The position numbers and the translations under genes were made by a program. A stretch of 64,000 nt of DNA from a virus, in the IMG/VR virus record IMGVR_UViG_3300038318_000232, positions 1 through 64,000 of that record; one strand, written 5' to 3'. This document shows, in pieces, positions 26,578 to 36,200 of this stretch; positions within the stretch are counted from its first letter, which is position 1; each line of letters opens with the position of its first letter. The notes under the pieces were generated by a model. It was not told the DNA's origin and made no database searches. It saw nothing but the letters and a program-made list of their open reading frames with translations.

Positions 26578-27239
26578 TATTTTACCTCCAGTTTCTGTAG
26601 CCTCTGCGCTGTGTTAATGATCAGGGTATCGAGATATTTCACGATGTCCGCAGCTGCTTTCCAATATTCCTTTTTGGCTATAATACCGTGTTGCGCTAGT
26701 ACTTCCAGGGCTTGATCAATTGACAAATCGCCCCCTCCCTTCATCTCCTGGTCAACTGCTGCCAGGAAGTCGTCCCAGGTCTTGCCGTATTTCGCGAAGT
26801 ACGGAATAGGGTCCATATGGTCTGTATCGCCGTACATCAGGGTAATGCCCCGATGGCTGAAAACATGGTCAACCGTATTCCATCCATAGGCCAGGCACTT
26901 CTGAGCCACAAACCAGACGGCCCGGTTCCAAACTTCATTAAATTTGGTATAATCGCCGTTATAAGGTTCGCAGAGTTCCACTCCCAGGAAGCGGCCATTT
27001 GCTGTAGGACCGGCGTGCCAGGCTATCTCATTAACCGGAATAAGGGCCATGATGGCGGTCCAGTCAATGACCGCATGGGCCGATGCTTTGGCCGAAGCTT
27101 CCCGTTGCCAATAGTCATGGTGATTCTGCGCTGTAGCGCCGGGATTATCGGTCGAATGAACAACAATGCCCTGGGCGGATAGCTTAAGCCCAGGGCGGTT
27201 TCTGCTCGTTATATAGTTCTGAATGATGTCATATCGCAT
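26577..27239 (-). CDS. N-acetylmuramoyl-L-alanine amidase endolysin (Amidase_2/PGRP type)
   Basis: GGAGGA SD before ATG 27239; VVHSTDNPGATAQNHHDYW, AWHAGPTANGRFLGVELCEP, FSHRGIT pattern. Confidence 0.85.
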   Translation of the reverse strand: MRYDIIQNYITSRNRPGLKLSAQGIVVHSTDNPGATAQNHHDYWQREASAKASAHAVIDWTAIMALIPVNEIAWHAGPTANGRFLGVELCEPYNGDYTKFNEVWNRAVWFVAQKCLAYGWNTVDHVFSHRGITLMYGDTDHMDPIPYFAKYGKTWDDFLAAVDQEMKGGGDLSIDQALEVLAQHGIIAKKEYWKAAADIVKYLDTLIINTAQRLQKLEVK

Positions 27240-27241
27240 AC

Positions 27242-27508
27242 CTATCCTCCAATCCTCTGTACATACCAAATGAAAAAGCCAACAAGGACCGATATTATGG
27301 TTCCTGCAACTCCAAGCACCTTCCAAAAGGCTGTTTTCCAGAAGTCAATTAGTTCTTTTATGCTCTTGGAGAGTTCATCAAGCTTAGTGCACAAAGCGTC
27401 CAAACGCTCAGTTTGCGCTGCATCCTTTATTTCCAACGCCCTAATCCTGTCCCCGTGGTCGTTAAGCCTCCTTTCGGTGATTTCATGAAATGCACAAGTT
27501 TTTTCCAT
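27242..27508 (-). CDS. xhlA: XhlA-like hemolysin/holin-associated membrane protein
   Basis: C.FHE...RL..H..RI..LE coiled coil followed by a C-terminal TM helix, directly upstream of the amidase. Confidence 0.6.
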   Translation of the reverse strand: MEKTCAFHEITERRLNDHGDRIRALEIKDAAQTERLDALCTKLDELSKSIKELIDFWKTAFWKVLGVAGTIISVLVGFFIWYVQRIGG

Positions 27509-27533
27509 CTCCCACGCCCCTTTCACAGAAAAT

Positions 27534-27554
27534 AAAAAAACCGCCCGGAAGCGG
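27534..27554 (-). terminator. weak intrinsic terminator upstream of the lysis cassette
   Basis: Minus strand CCGCT-TCCG-GGCGG followed by TTTTTTTATTTT. Confidence 0.4.
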
Positions 27555-27692
27555 ATTGCGTAGTATTAAGTTAGGTTTCCCGTCTATAGCACCACCCCTT
27601 CTTTTGTTCGACAAAACAATCGTTATTTTGATAGAGGAAAACAATTTAAAAATCAGGAATACCTCTATCAAACGAAAGGAGGGGTAGCGTAT

Positions 27693-27914
27693 ATGCTTCA
27701 AATTGAGAACCCTGTAAAATCGGCATGCCCAAATTGCGGAGGAACCGATTTTGCAACAACTAGACCAAGTCCATATTTCTTTTTGTTTCAAACAGAAATC
27801 AAGGAAACTGGCAAATGCAATACTTCTATAGACGCGGGGTTACCGGTTGTAGCGGCTGTGTGTTCTCGATGCGGCTTAATTCAACTATTTCACTCTGAAA
27901 AGTTATCGAAGTAG
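27693..27914 (+). CDS. zinc-ribbon protein (73 aa), opposite-strand moron
   Basis: AAAGGAGGGG SD; CPNCGG...CSRCG. Confidence 0.55.
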   Translation: MLQIENPVKSACPNCGGTDFATTRPSPYFFLFQTEIKETGKCNTSIDAGLPVVAAVCSRCGLIQLFHSEKLSK

Positions 27915-28090
27915 GAACGGTATTTATAACCGCCTTTAAGGATTCCATGGTCTCACCACCTTTCTTATTAAATAAGCCGGGATAAATTTCCCGGCTACTC
28001 TTATTTAGCCTTCCCGATTGCCTTTTAACAACTATAGAAGTAAGATCATGGTAGATGTAGTATAACGACTATTTGAATGGAGGTTTTAAC

Positions 28091-29077
28091 ATGAGAAAGT
28101 TTTTTGCGACTTTGTTGACGATATTGTTGGTGTTTGGAACCGTTGGGACTACGAAAGCCGCAACAATGGAAGAATTAGATTATTTTAACAACCAAATAAC
28201 GACTTTGGTAAACGCCGGTAAAATGAGCAACAACGAGGTATATGGGATCTTTGTTGACATGTCCAACGTCCCGCAGGGCTCTATTGCATCAACCGTTTAT
28301 CAGACTGATATGCAATTAACTACACTGACAATTGCCAATGTGTACCCACAAGATATTTATGGAACTAACGGGGCAAGAGATAAGCTTCTCCGGTTTTGGG
28401 CCTATCTCTACAATAACCAGAACAGTAACCTTATGGGTGGGTGGGGAAGCCCACCGCAAGACTCTATAATGCAGTTTGTCTATGGTCCGCAGAAAATAGA
28501 AATATTAAATACTTTTGTTACTGGAATACCTGAATGCCTTGCCAATGAGCGTATTGAAGATGTCATTGGCGGGGGATCTGGCTTTGGTTCAACAACTACT
28601 ATTAATGAAACAACAACCAATAACACAGACCCCAATTCATGGGCAGATGCCTATTTGGAAACAATTTTCACCGTAAACTCAACTAGCATCACATCAACCT
28701 CCAGCGCTGAAACAACCACCAACGGGACAATTACTACTATGGACGTTGCGCCTTATATAAGGGATAGCCGCACATATGTCCCGGTAGCACATCTTGCCTA
28801 CTCGCTGGGAGTGCCCGGCGATGGGGTGACATGGAATGGTGCTACCCGGCAGGTGGGTATTACAAAAGGAGATACCAGTATAACCTTATTAATTGGCAGT
28901 CCGGTCATGCTTGTTAACCAAAGCCCTGTAAGAATGGACGTTGCGCCAGAGATAACGAACAACCGAACATTTCTGCCTGCTGGGTGGGTAGCTGAAGCGC
29001 TGGGGGCAGATGTAACATGGAACGCTCATACCAATCAGATCGTGATTAAAACACCCATAGAAGCACCGGGGGATTAA
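28091..29077 (+). CDS. secreted protein with two C-terminal copper-amine-oxidase-N-like repeats (moron)
   Basis: GGAGG SD; signal peptide MRKFFATLLTILLVFGTVGTTKA; repeats MDVAPYIRDSRTYVPVAHLAYSLG...VTWNG and MDVAPEITNNRTFLPAGWVAEALGADVTWN. Confidence 0.75.
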   Translation: MRKFFATLLTILLVFGTVGTTKAATMEELDYFNNQITTLVNAGKMSNNEVYGIFVDMSNVPQGSIASTVYQTDMQLTTLTIANVYPQDIYGTNGARDKLLRFWAYLYNNQNSNLMGGWGSPPQDSIMQFVYGPQKIEILNTFVTGIPECLANERIEDVIGGGSGFGSTTTINETTTNNTDPNSWADAYLETIFTVNSTSITSTSSAETTTNGTITTMDVAPYIRDSRTYVPVAHLAYSLGVPGDGVTWNGATRQVGITKGDTSITLLIGSPVMLVNQSPVRMDVAPEITNNRTFLPAGWVAEALGADVTWNAHTNQIVIKTPIEAPGD

Positions 29078-29084
29078 CCCCCGG
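29066..29084. terminator. hairpin at convergent gene ends
   Basis: CCGGGGG-attaa-CCCCCGG spanning both stop codons. Confidence 0.45.
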
Positions 29085-29250
29085 CTTCCTCTTCTGGCAA
29101 AGCCTCCAATAATGCAAAGAGCCGGGCTTGTTCATCCTGGCTCTTTGTTTTTTGGGCTATCAAGCCTGCTATGTTCTGATCTGCGCTTGCTATTCTTGCG
29201 TCCTCAATTGTAATTCTTTTCTCTATTTCCTCTCTTGTTAATGTCGCCAT
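29074..29250 (-). CDS. small coiled-coil protein (58 aa) downstream of the tail tip gene
   Basis: TGATG overlap with the stop of 29250..31454; below the ORF-track cut-off. Confidence 0.45.
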   Translation of the reverse strand: MATLTREEIEKRITIEDARIASADQNIAGLIAQKTKSQDEQARLFALLEALPEEEAGG

Positions 29251-31454
29251 CAATCCGTCACCTCCATCAATCTTATCCCGGCGTATCCAGCCCGAATAGC
29301 TTCATGTTTCCAAACTACCTTGCCATTGCTCGTCCCGCCGTTACGTTCCTTAACCTTGAAATAATCAGTCCCCACTTCAGACACATAAACATCGTTCTCC
29401 CCATAAGCCTGTACCCATATTTGCCATGGCGTTAACTTCGTATCCGGTTCTATGCACTCAAGGTAAATCGGGTCAAGATGCACAGTTGCCTCGCCAATAA
29501 CAAGGTTGATAGCTCCCCGGTCATAATAGACCAACTCCGGAGATTCTGTAGCGTACATATAGCGTAAGCCATAGTTTTCGGTTACTTGTTGTGCTGGTTT
29601 TCCCCCAGTGCATGATAAAGTACCATTAATCGTCGTTGATCCGTTAATATAAACGCCACCAGACGGATTACTGTTTGTTGGGCCTATTGACATGGAATTG
29701 CCACTTCCGAATATATAGACACCGCCGCCGTTGTATCCGTATATTAAGAGTTCTTTTTGCGTCGATGAGTTCACGAACATATATGCCCGCTCATTGCCAC
29801 TAGTGTCATAAAAGCTTAATCTGCCGGTATCGCTAGCCGCATCCAGTCTGATTACCTGAGTACCAGACGAACCAACAACTTTTATATAGCCATTACCTGA
29901 ACTATTGGAAATTTCAACATATTTTGAAGTTGCATCCGGATCACCTGTTTTAAATAAAGAGCCATATATTTCTCCGTTCAAAACCTTTGCAGCAAACTTC
30001 CCTAACGCATACTGTCCGATATGAACGCGCTTAACCGGTGGATCAGAATCATCCCAAACCTCCAAACCGCTGTCGGTAATCTTTGTAAACCCATCGCCGG
30101 AAGCCAAAGCATAAAGAGCAGTACAGATTATCTGGTCAGCATATATCCCATCACCATCAATAGCAGTATTCCAGGATTGACCACCGTCTGAAGATATTAT
30201 CAAGCCTTGGGGCGTTATCCGAGTCAGCTTGCCCGTTAAAACACCAGCCACCCGATCAAACCATGTGCTAACCCCATCAACAAGAGTATAGTCGCCAGAG
30301 GCCCCATTTATTGTCGTAGCTGCCGTGTTGATGATAGCCTTGAACAGGTTTTTCAAGCCGGTATTAGACTTGTTAGACTTGATGAAATCGGCCATCCTAA
30401 TTGTATCGGCAATACTGGCCTGGATTTTTTCAATAGGATCGCCAACATCTAAATCACAAAGCCAGGGCTGAAACACATTGTATTTATACTTGATAATGCG
30501 GACCTGAACGTCAATGCCTAAATCGCTGTCAATAACATCAACCATATGGCCAATATCAAAGGTTTCATGCTCATAACCGGGAACAGTTCGCAAGTCTAGC
30601 ATCTTTACTGAATAGGCGTGTCGGGGCTTGCACATTACGGCCAATTCCTTTGTACCGGCATCTTTCAATTGTTGAGCATCAGATAAATCCTGGTTGGTCC
30701 AGATGCCCTCAAGAACCTCGTTGGTGTAAGAATGATTGTCAAGGTAGATAACTCCACTGTTCACGGTTCCGATATTCAGATCGTCCTCACCAAAAGGATA
30801 AAGCCGGGTAACAATATCATAGTCATCGGTCCTGGTTATGCTTTTCAGATTTTTGGCATAGTGAATTCCAAACCCGGTATAGTTTCGCCAATTCTCTTCG
30901 CTCCGAAGGGAAACAGTCTTTTTAATGCTGTCCCATACGAGATAGCCGCCCCAGGTTTCCTGTACCTTGTTAATGTTGGACAGCAGGGATTCCTTCTCGG
31001 TTTCGAGGTCATAGGTTCCCTCAACGTCTACCACGCCTACAGTCCACCCAGAGCCATTTAGTAGAGCGTACAAGGCATGCCCAGCAGAACCCACAGCGTA
31101 ACGCCCACCTGACAAATCAGAGCCGCCAGAGACAATTACAACAGCACTCCAAGCGGTAGGGTCGGGGGTCGAAGGATCGTTGCATACGGTGACATACTTC
31201 TTTCCGAGCAATATCCAGGATTCCTTAGCCTTCACCGCTCCCCAAATCTTTTGGCCGTCACGTTCTACCACTACCGCATCGGGGTTTTGAATTACAAACT
31301 CCTTCCCCCCGGCATAGATTCGGTAGGCATCAGTTAAATAGGCCCATTTCTCGCTTGCCAAAGGTAAATAAAAATCTAGTGAGCAAGAACTATTAAGCTC
31401 TGTGTCTACATAACAGTCTTTGATCCCATCCCCATCGGGAGATAAAAAAGCCAC
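29250..31454 (-). CDS. tail-associated lysin/Tal-like tail tip protein (prophage tail endopeptidase family)
   Basis: 734 aa after Dit; pattern ...ELNSSCSLDFYLP...YRIYAGGKEFVI...TRLYPFG..DL.I..VN.G..YL typical of siphovirus Tal N-terminal regions; frame stays open 120 nt upstream of the GTG. Confidence 0.75.
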   Translation of the reverse strand: MAFLSPDGDGIKDCYVDTELNSSCSLDFYLPLASEKWAYLTDAYRIYAGGKEFVIQNPDAVVVERDGQKIWGAVKAKESWILLGKKYVTVCNDPSTPDPTAWSAVVIVSGGSDLSGGRYAVGSAGHALYALLNGSGWTVGVVDVEGTYDLETEKESLLSNINKVQETWGGYLVWDSIKKTVSLRSEENWRNYTGFGIHYAKNLKSITRTDDYDIVTRLYPFGEDDLNIGTVNSGVIYLDNHSYTNEVLEGIWTNQDLSDAQQLKDAGTKELAVMCKPRHAYSVKMLDLRTVPGYEHETFDIGHMVDVIDSDLGIDVQVRIIKYKYNVFQPWLCDLDVGDPIEKIQASIADTIRMADFIKSNKSNTGLKNLFKAIINTAATTINGASGDYTLVDGVSTWFDRVAGVLTGKLTRITPQGLIISSDGGQSWNTAIDGDGIYADQIICTALYALASGDGFTKITDSGLEVWDDSDPPVKRVHIGQYALGKFAAKVLNGEIYGSLFKTGDPDATSKYVEISNSSGNGYIKVVGSSGTQVIRLDAASDTGRLSFYDTSGNERAYMFVNSSTQKELLIYGYNGGGVYIFGSGNSMSIGPTNSNPSGGVYINGSTTINGTLSCTGGKPAQQVTENYGLRYMYATESPELVYYDRGAINLVIGEATVHLDPIYLECIEPDTKLTPWQIWVQAYGENDVYVSEVGTDYFKVKERNGGTSNGKVVWKHEAIRAGYAGIRLMEVTD

Positions 31455-31596
31455 CGTTTGTCCGGCAGCCGTCTTAATCTCGATGTATTCAGGGATTAAC
31501 CCGAGAGAATGAGTAGTTTTTACCCTCTCGTTGAATAGTTTTGTATTAAATTGAAATGGAAACGTGGGATATCACCTCTTCCCGCTTGCCCAAAGG

Positions 31597-32487
31597 CTAC
31601 CCTACCTTTGTCATGCCAAATTCAGGTGTATAGTTTGCAAGCCTGACAATGTTTAAGGCTCCACCAGATGTTTGATACACAACTAACTCCACATAATCGC
31701 CCGCCGATAGATTGTAATCGGCTGAAATAGACAAGTAGTGAGGAGCCCCGCTTACCGCATTTGCGTTTTGTACTGCTAAGAAATCCGATGTACCATTTGT
31801 CTTTATTGCTATCGCCCTAATGCCTGTAGCGTTTGCCTCAAAACCAACGTGCCCAGATATATGGTATTTGCCTGCCGTTGTGACTGTAAGCCGCGAATTA
31901 TTGGTGCTTGTATCATGCATTGTATCTGTGTCATAATGCTCGGATGCAAAAGCCAATACTGTCCATGTTGCCGTGGCAATGCTCTGCTGTACCCCATATA
32001 CTCTGCACGATGGCATCGCGGCGTGAGCATCTATTGCGTTCTTAGCCACATGTGCATTCACGTCCTCAAGGGTTTTACTTGGGGCATCATACCAGTTTGT
32101 TTTACCGGTGATGGCTTTTATGCGGTTAGCTAAATACCCAAGGATTTGTGATATGGTGCCTGTATTTCCGGTTGGAGCGGTAGTTTGAGATACTGTCAAT
32201 GATTCTGTTGGAGCAAGAAGTTCATTGTGCATTCCCGCAGTCATCTTGCCCTCAACTAAGCTCCCCGATTGATGAGCGGCGGCAGTGGTTCCCTCTTGGC
32301 CTCTGAGAATACTTGACAAAGTATTTCCGCTCTTTGCTCCAACCTCAATAATCTCATTGTCAATCGAAGCTCTAAACGGCACAGCAGGCAATAAATCTCC
32401 ACTTACTACCGTACAAGTAGTAGCCGAAGCGTCCATCAGAGCGGCCAATGCTGTCTGTGCATTATTTGCGGCTTTTAGTCTGCTCAA
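31597..32487 (-). CDS. tail fibre / receptor-binding-like protein
   Basis: 296 aa between Dit and Tal; Ala/Thr/Gly-rich N-terminal half and beta-rich C-terminal half ending in GDYVELVVYQTSGGALNI. Confidence 0.5.
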   Translation of the reverse strand: MSRLKAANNAQTALAALMDASATTCTVVSGDLLPAVPFRASIDNEIIEVGAKSGNTLSSILRGQEGTTAAAHQSGSLVEGKMTAGMHNELLAPTESLTVSQTTAPTGNTGTISQILGYLANRIKAITGKTNWYDAPSKTLEDVNAHVAKNAIDAHAAMPSCRVYGVQQSIATATWTVLAFASEHYDTDTMHDTSTNNSRLTVTTAGKYHISGHVGFEANATGIRAIAIKTNGTSDFLAVQNANAVSGAPHYLSISADYNLSAGDYVELVVYQTSGGALNIVRLANYTPEFGMTKVG

Positions 32488-32502
32488 AATATCACCTTCT
32501 CT

Positions 32503-33204
32503 CTACAAGTACCTGTCATACCACTTTAGAGTCACAGTCCCGCCTGTAATCGTCACCGTATTATTTCCTACTGCCAGCTTAGGAAATGCCTTGTTATAAT
32601 CAGCAAGAGCGTTTACCCCATTAAAAATAGCAGTTCGCTTTTCAGTGTCAATCACCAATAAATCACTCGCTGTAACCTGCCCAGTATAAGTCATGATAGT
32701 TCCCGCCACTGTAACCGCAGGATTCGTCACAGGGCCAACGATTTCAACCGTGAAAGGCGTTTCTATTGTCCCGCCATTAACTGCCGTTCCTGCTCCCGCT
32801 AGCGTGTTCTGAGACGATGATTTTACTATGGGATCATGGAGCTTAAAAGGAATGGTGAACTTGCGATGGAATGCGCCTTCTTCTAAGAAGTTAAGCGTTC
32901 CCACCCATACCACGTTGTAGGTTATTCCCGGCCTATTGGCAAAAGTCAAAGCCTGCACTCCAAGCTTAGGGTTAAGATAGCCCTTTATAAGTCTTTCGGT
33001 AGCCGCCCAAGTACTGGGAGTGGTTTCGATGGACACGGGGAGGTTGATCAACCCCGCCTCCATCTCTGCCCCGAAGAAGTACTCTCCATCCCTGCCCGGT
33101 ATTGAATCGGTATGCTCGCGGACATTGTTCACAAACTCCATCCCGCGCAATACATATACCCCGAGCGGTTGAAGGATACCGTTCTCATCTACATTTAGAG
33201 CCAT
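32503..33204 (-). CDS. distal tail protein (Dit)
   Basis: Immediately after the tape measure; size and beta-rich composition typical of siphovirus Dit; start ATG 33204 (or GTG 33216). Confidence 0.65.
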   Translation of the reverse strand: MALNVDENGILQPLGVYVLRGMEFVNNVREHTDSIPGRDGEYFFGAEMEAGLINLPVSIETTPSTWAATERLIKGYLNPKLGVQALTFANRPGITYNVVWVGTLNFLEEGAFHRKFTIPFKLHDPIVKSSSQNTLAGAGTAVNGGTIETPFTVEIVGPVTNPAVTVAGTIMTYTGQVTASDLLVIDTEKRTAIFNGVNALADYNKAFPKLAVGNNTVTITGGTVTLKWYDRYL

Positions 33205-33219
33205 ATATCGCACCACCCC

Positions 33220-36200
33220 CTAACCACGCGCGCCGAGCATATCGCGCACTTGCACGCCCAACACTTGCATGTCTGCCTTATCCTCAAAGCCTGCGTGTTC
33301 AATGTTCACGAGTGGGCCGCCAGTGAGAATATTTTTACTGCTCATAACCGCGATCAACCGGTCTAACTTACGTTCAACCACTGACATATCCACATTGCCT
33401 CCAAAGATATTGTTATTGGTTACGCCCCTGGCAGACAAAGAAGATTCAGCCAAGATTGAAGCCAGTCGGTCGAAGCTTACGGTCAGTTCCGGGGAAAGCA
33501 CCCGCTCACCCTTGAGCAGTTCAGCTGCCCCGGTTCTGGTGACATAAGCCCCAGTGTGGGCCTGCTTTAAGATAGAAACTATACCGCTTGCCTGATCCCA
33601 ATTCACCCCATAACCCAGAGCCGTAGCCACAGTGTTTATGCCAAGATAAGATAGCCCGCTGCTGTCAATCTTAGCCGGGTAGAACTTCTTGCCGCCGATA
33701 GTTACCATACTGCCGTCCCATGAAATTGACTGCCCTAACTTACGGGCTATTGTGCGTGATGAGGCATAAGATCGGCCATTCTCCAGATAGTATTCACCTG
33801 ATGAAAAGGTGGCCACAGGACTGCTACCCGGTTGCGTAGGCGCACCTCCACTCCCGCCTCCCGTATAACTGTCGTAAGTCCCTTGAGCCGTACCAAGCGC
33901 TGCCTGCAATTGAGACATAAGGGTAGAAACTGCCGCCAAGTCTCCCCTTTGAATGGCGTCCTTTATTTTTCCCATAATTGCTTCTACTTCAGCGACCGCC
34001 TCGTCGCCATGCAATGACAGACTGGCCAGCATTTCAAGCGAACTCTCATCGAGCATGTCCTGGATCTGGTCGTAGTACCGCTCCATTTCATCTTTCTTGG
34101 CATCGTTCGTTTTTTCTAGGACTTTGATTTCCTCGTTCATGGCATCTTCGTAGGCATCGGCTTTTTCCTCAAGGGCGTCTATCTGATCCTGATATGCGTC
34201 CTTTTGATCCTGCCTGCCCCATTGCGCCTGCTTCTCTGCCCATTTACGGTTTTCTTCGGCCATCTGCTTCTGAATATCTTCCATGTTGCGCTGATGGTCT
34301 ATGCCGGTTCTGACTTGCTCATAGAGAAGTTGTTCTTCCAGTTCGGCTATGGCCTCGTTGTGGTCCTGAAGCTGAGATTCGCGGTCCGCGCTTTCATCTT
34401 CCTCGTCCAGCAGGTCCATAAGCTCCTGAATGGCCGCTATCTGCGCATCAATCCCCGCCCGGTAGGTGTCAATGGCATCTTTCTTGGAGTCTATCAGGCG
34501 TTTGTTGGCCTTGATTTCTTCCTCGTAGGCATCCATCCTGGCGTCGTAGGCTTTCTTTAGGGATTTCATTTCATCGTCAAGCAGCTTTTTGCGGGCCTGG
34601 TATTCCCTTTCTTGGAGATCCCACAAATCTTTCATAGACAGTTTGGTTTCGTCCAGAGCGTCCAGGTATTTCAACTGCTGCTTAACACTCATCTCGCCAA
34701 TGGCTTCCATGTGGCTGAGCCAGTCTTTCATGTTCTGGTAGTACTTCGCATAGGTGCTTCTTGACAGTTCGTCCAGAGCAGTTTTGTTGCTGTAAATTTT
34801 GGCGGTGTTATCAGCAATGGCTCCGGTTAAGCCGTCAATCTCACCCTGTAAGCTTGAGGCCGCATCTGCCGCATCTTCCATATGCTCCACGTCGCCAGCA
34901 TCTTTGTATTTCTCGTATTCAGACATGGCTTCTGAGAGCAAAGGCGTTAAAGCGGCAATTTCCCGCTGATAAACGTCATTAGCATTACTAAGCCTGCTCT
35001 GTTCGTCCGTTATAAGGGCAGATTTTATCGCTACCAATTCCTGCATCCGGGCATAGTCTTGAGCGGTGTACACGCCGGATTCCATTTTTCCGTTCAGATA
35101 GTCATATTCAGCGCCGGCCACGGAGAGCTTTTGGTTGACGGAATCGAGAGAGGATTCGAGTTGAGCGTTCACGAGTTCAAATTGTTTGGCGGCGTCACCG
35201 AGGTTCTTGAGGTATTCTGTGATGGCGTCGGAACTGGAGCCACCGCCGCCTGATTTGGAACTGGGACCGCCGCCGCCAGAGGATGTACCAGTGCTAATTT
35301 TTAATGCTTCTGCCTTGGCTTCATCTATTGCGTCTTGCACCTCTATAAGTTCAGCATTGAGAGCATTTACTTGAGCACTGCCCTGATTTATTGCATTTTG
35401 GTAATCTCCGGTAATTTCAGCTGGTATATAGTTTTGCGGCAAGTATTTTGCCGCTGTTTGAGCCCAACCAACCCCAAGCTTACTCAGTTTTTCTATTCCT
35501 TGAGCAGCAAACCCGCCAGGGGCCAGAGGAATACCGGTAGATATGCCCATTACCTTCTGATACCATTTTTCTCCCGCTGCGAGAGCGTTTATTTCTGCTT
35601 CGTACAATTGCAATCGCTGAATGATCAGGCTTTTAAGGTTCTCGGTCTTAACCTTTTCCTGCTCGAGAAAATTAATTTTGTTGTTTATGTGGGCTACACG
35701 TTCCTCTTCTAACTTGGCTATTTCGGAGTTTATGGCTTCAGTTGTGAATCCTGCCGACTCAAGCCTTGCCAAGCCACCTTCGGTAGCAGTTTTGGCTATC
35801 AGTTTGTCTATGTCAGATAGTTCAGTTTCTGACTTGGCAGCTTCCTTGCTATCCTTAGATTGTTTAGCCAGGGCCGCTGATAATTCATTTCTTTTAGCAA
35901 CAAGGTCGGACAAAAGCTGTTTGTTATTCTGGGCAGTTTGCGCCAGTTTGTCCTCTACCGCAACTTGCTTTTTTAAATTATCTAGTTCGCTTTCTGCGAT
36001 AGTGCTTTTGGCATCAATTGATTCAAGCTCCTTGCCTGCTTCCGCTAACTCCCGAAGCTTTTTTTCATTGATCGTGATGCGTTCGTTATATTCATCGTAA
36101 CCAGTGATTAGTTCAGGGATTTTGTCTCCTATACCACTTAAAGCCCTGTTATATTCTTTAAGCGCATCGGTATGCTCTTTAGTGCCTTCCGTGGCATTAT

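Noticed and set aside
25224-27488. Several + strand ORFs inside the lysis cassette
   Set aside because: All are antisense to confidently recognised holin, S8 protease, amidase and XhlA-like genes.
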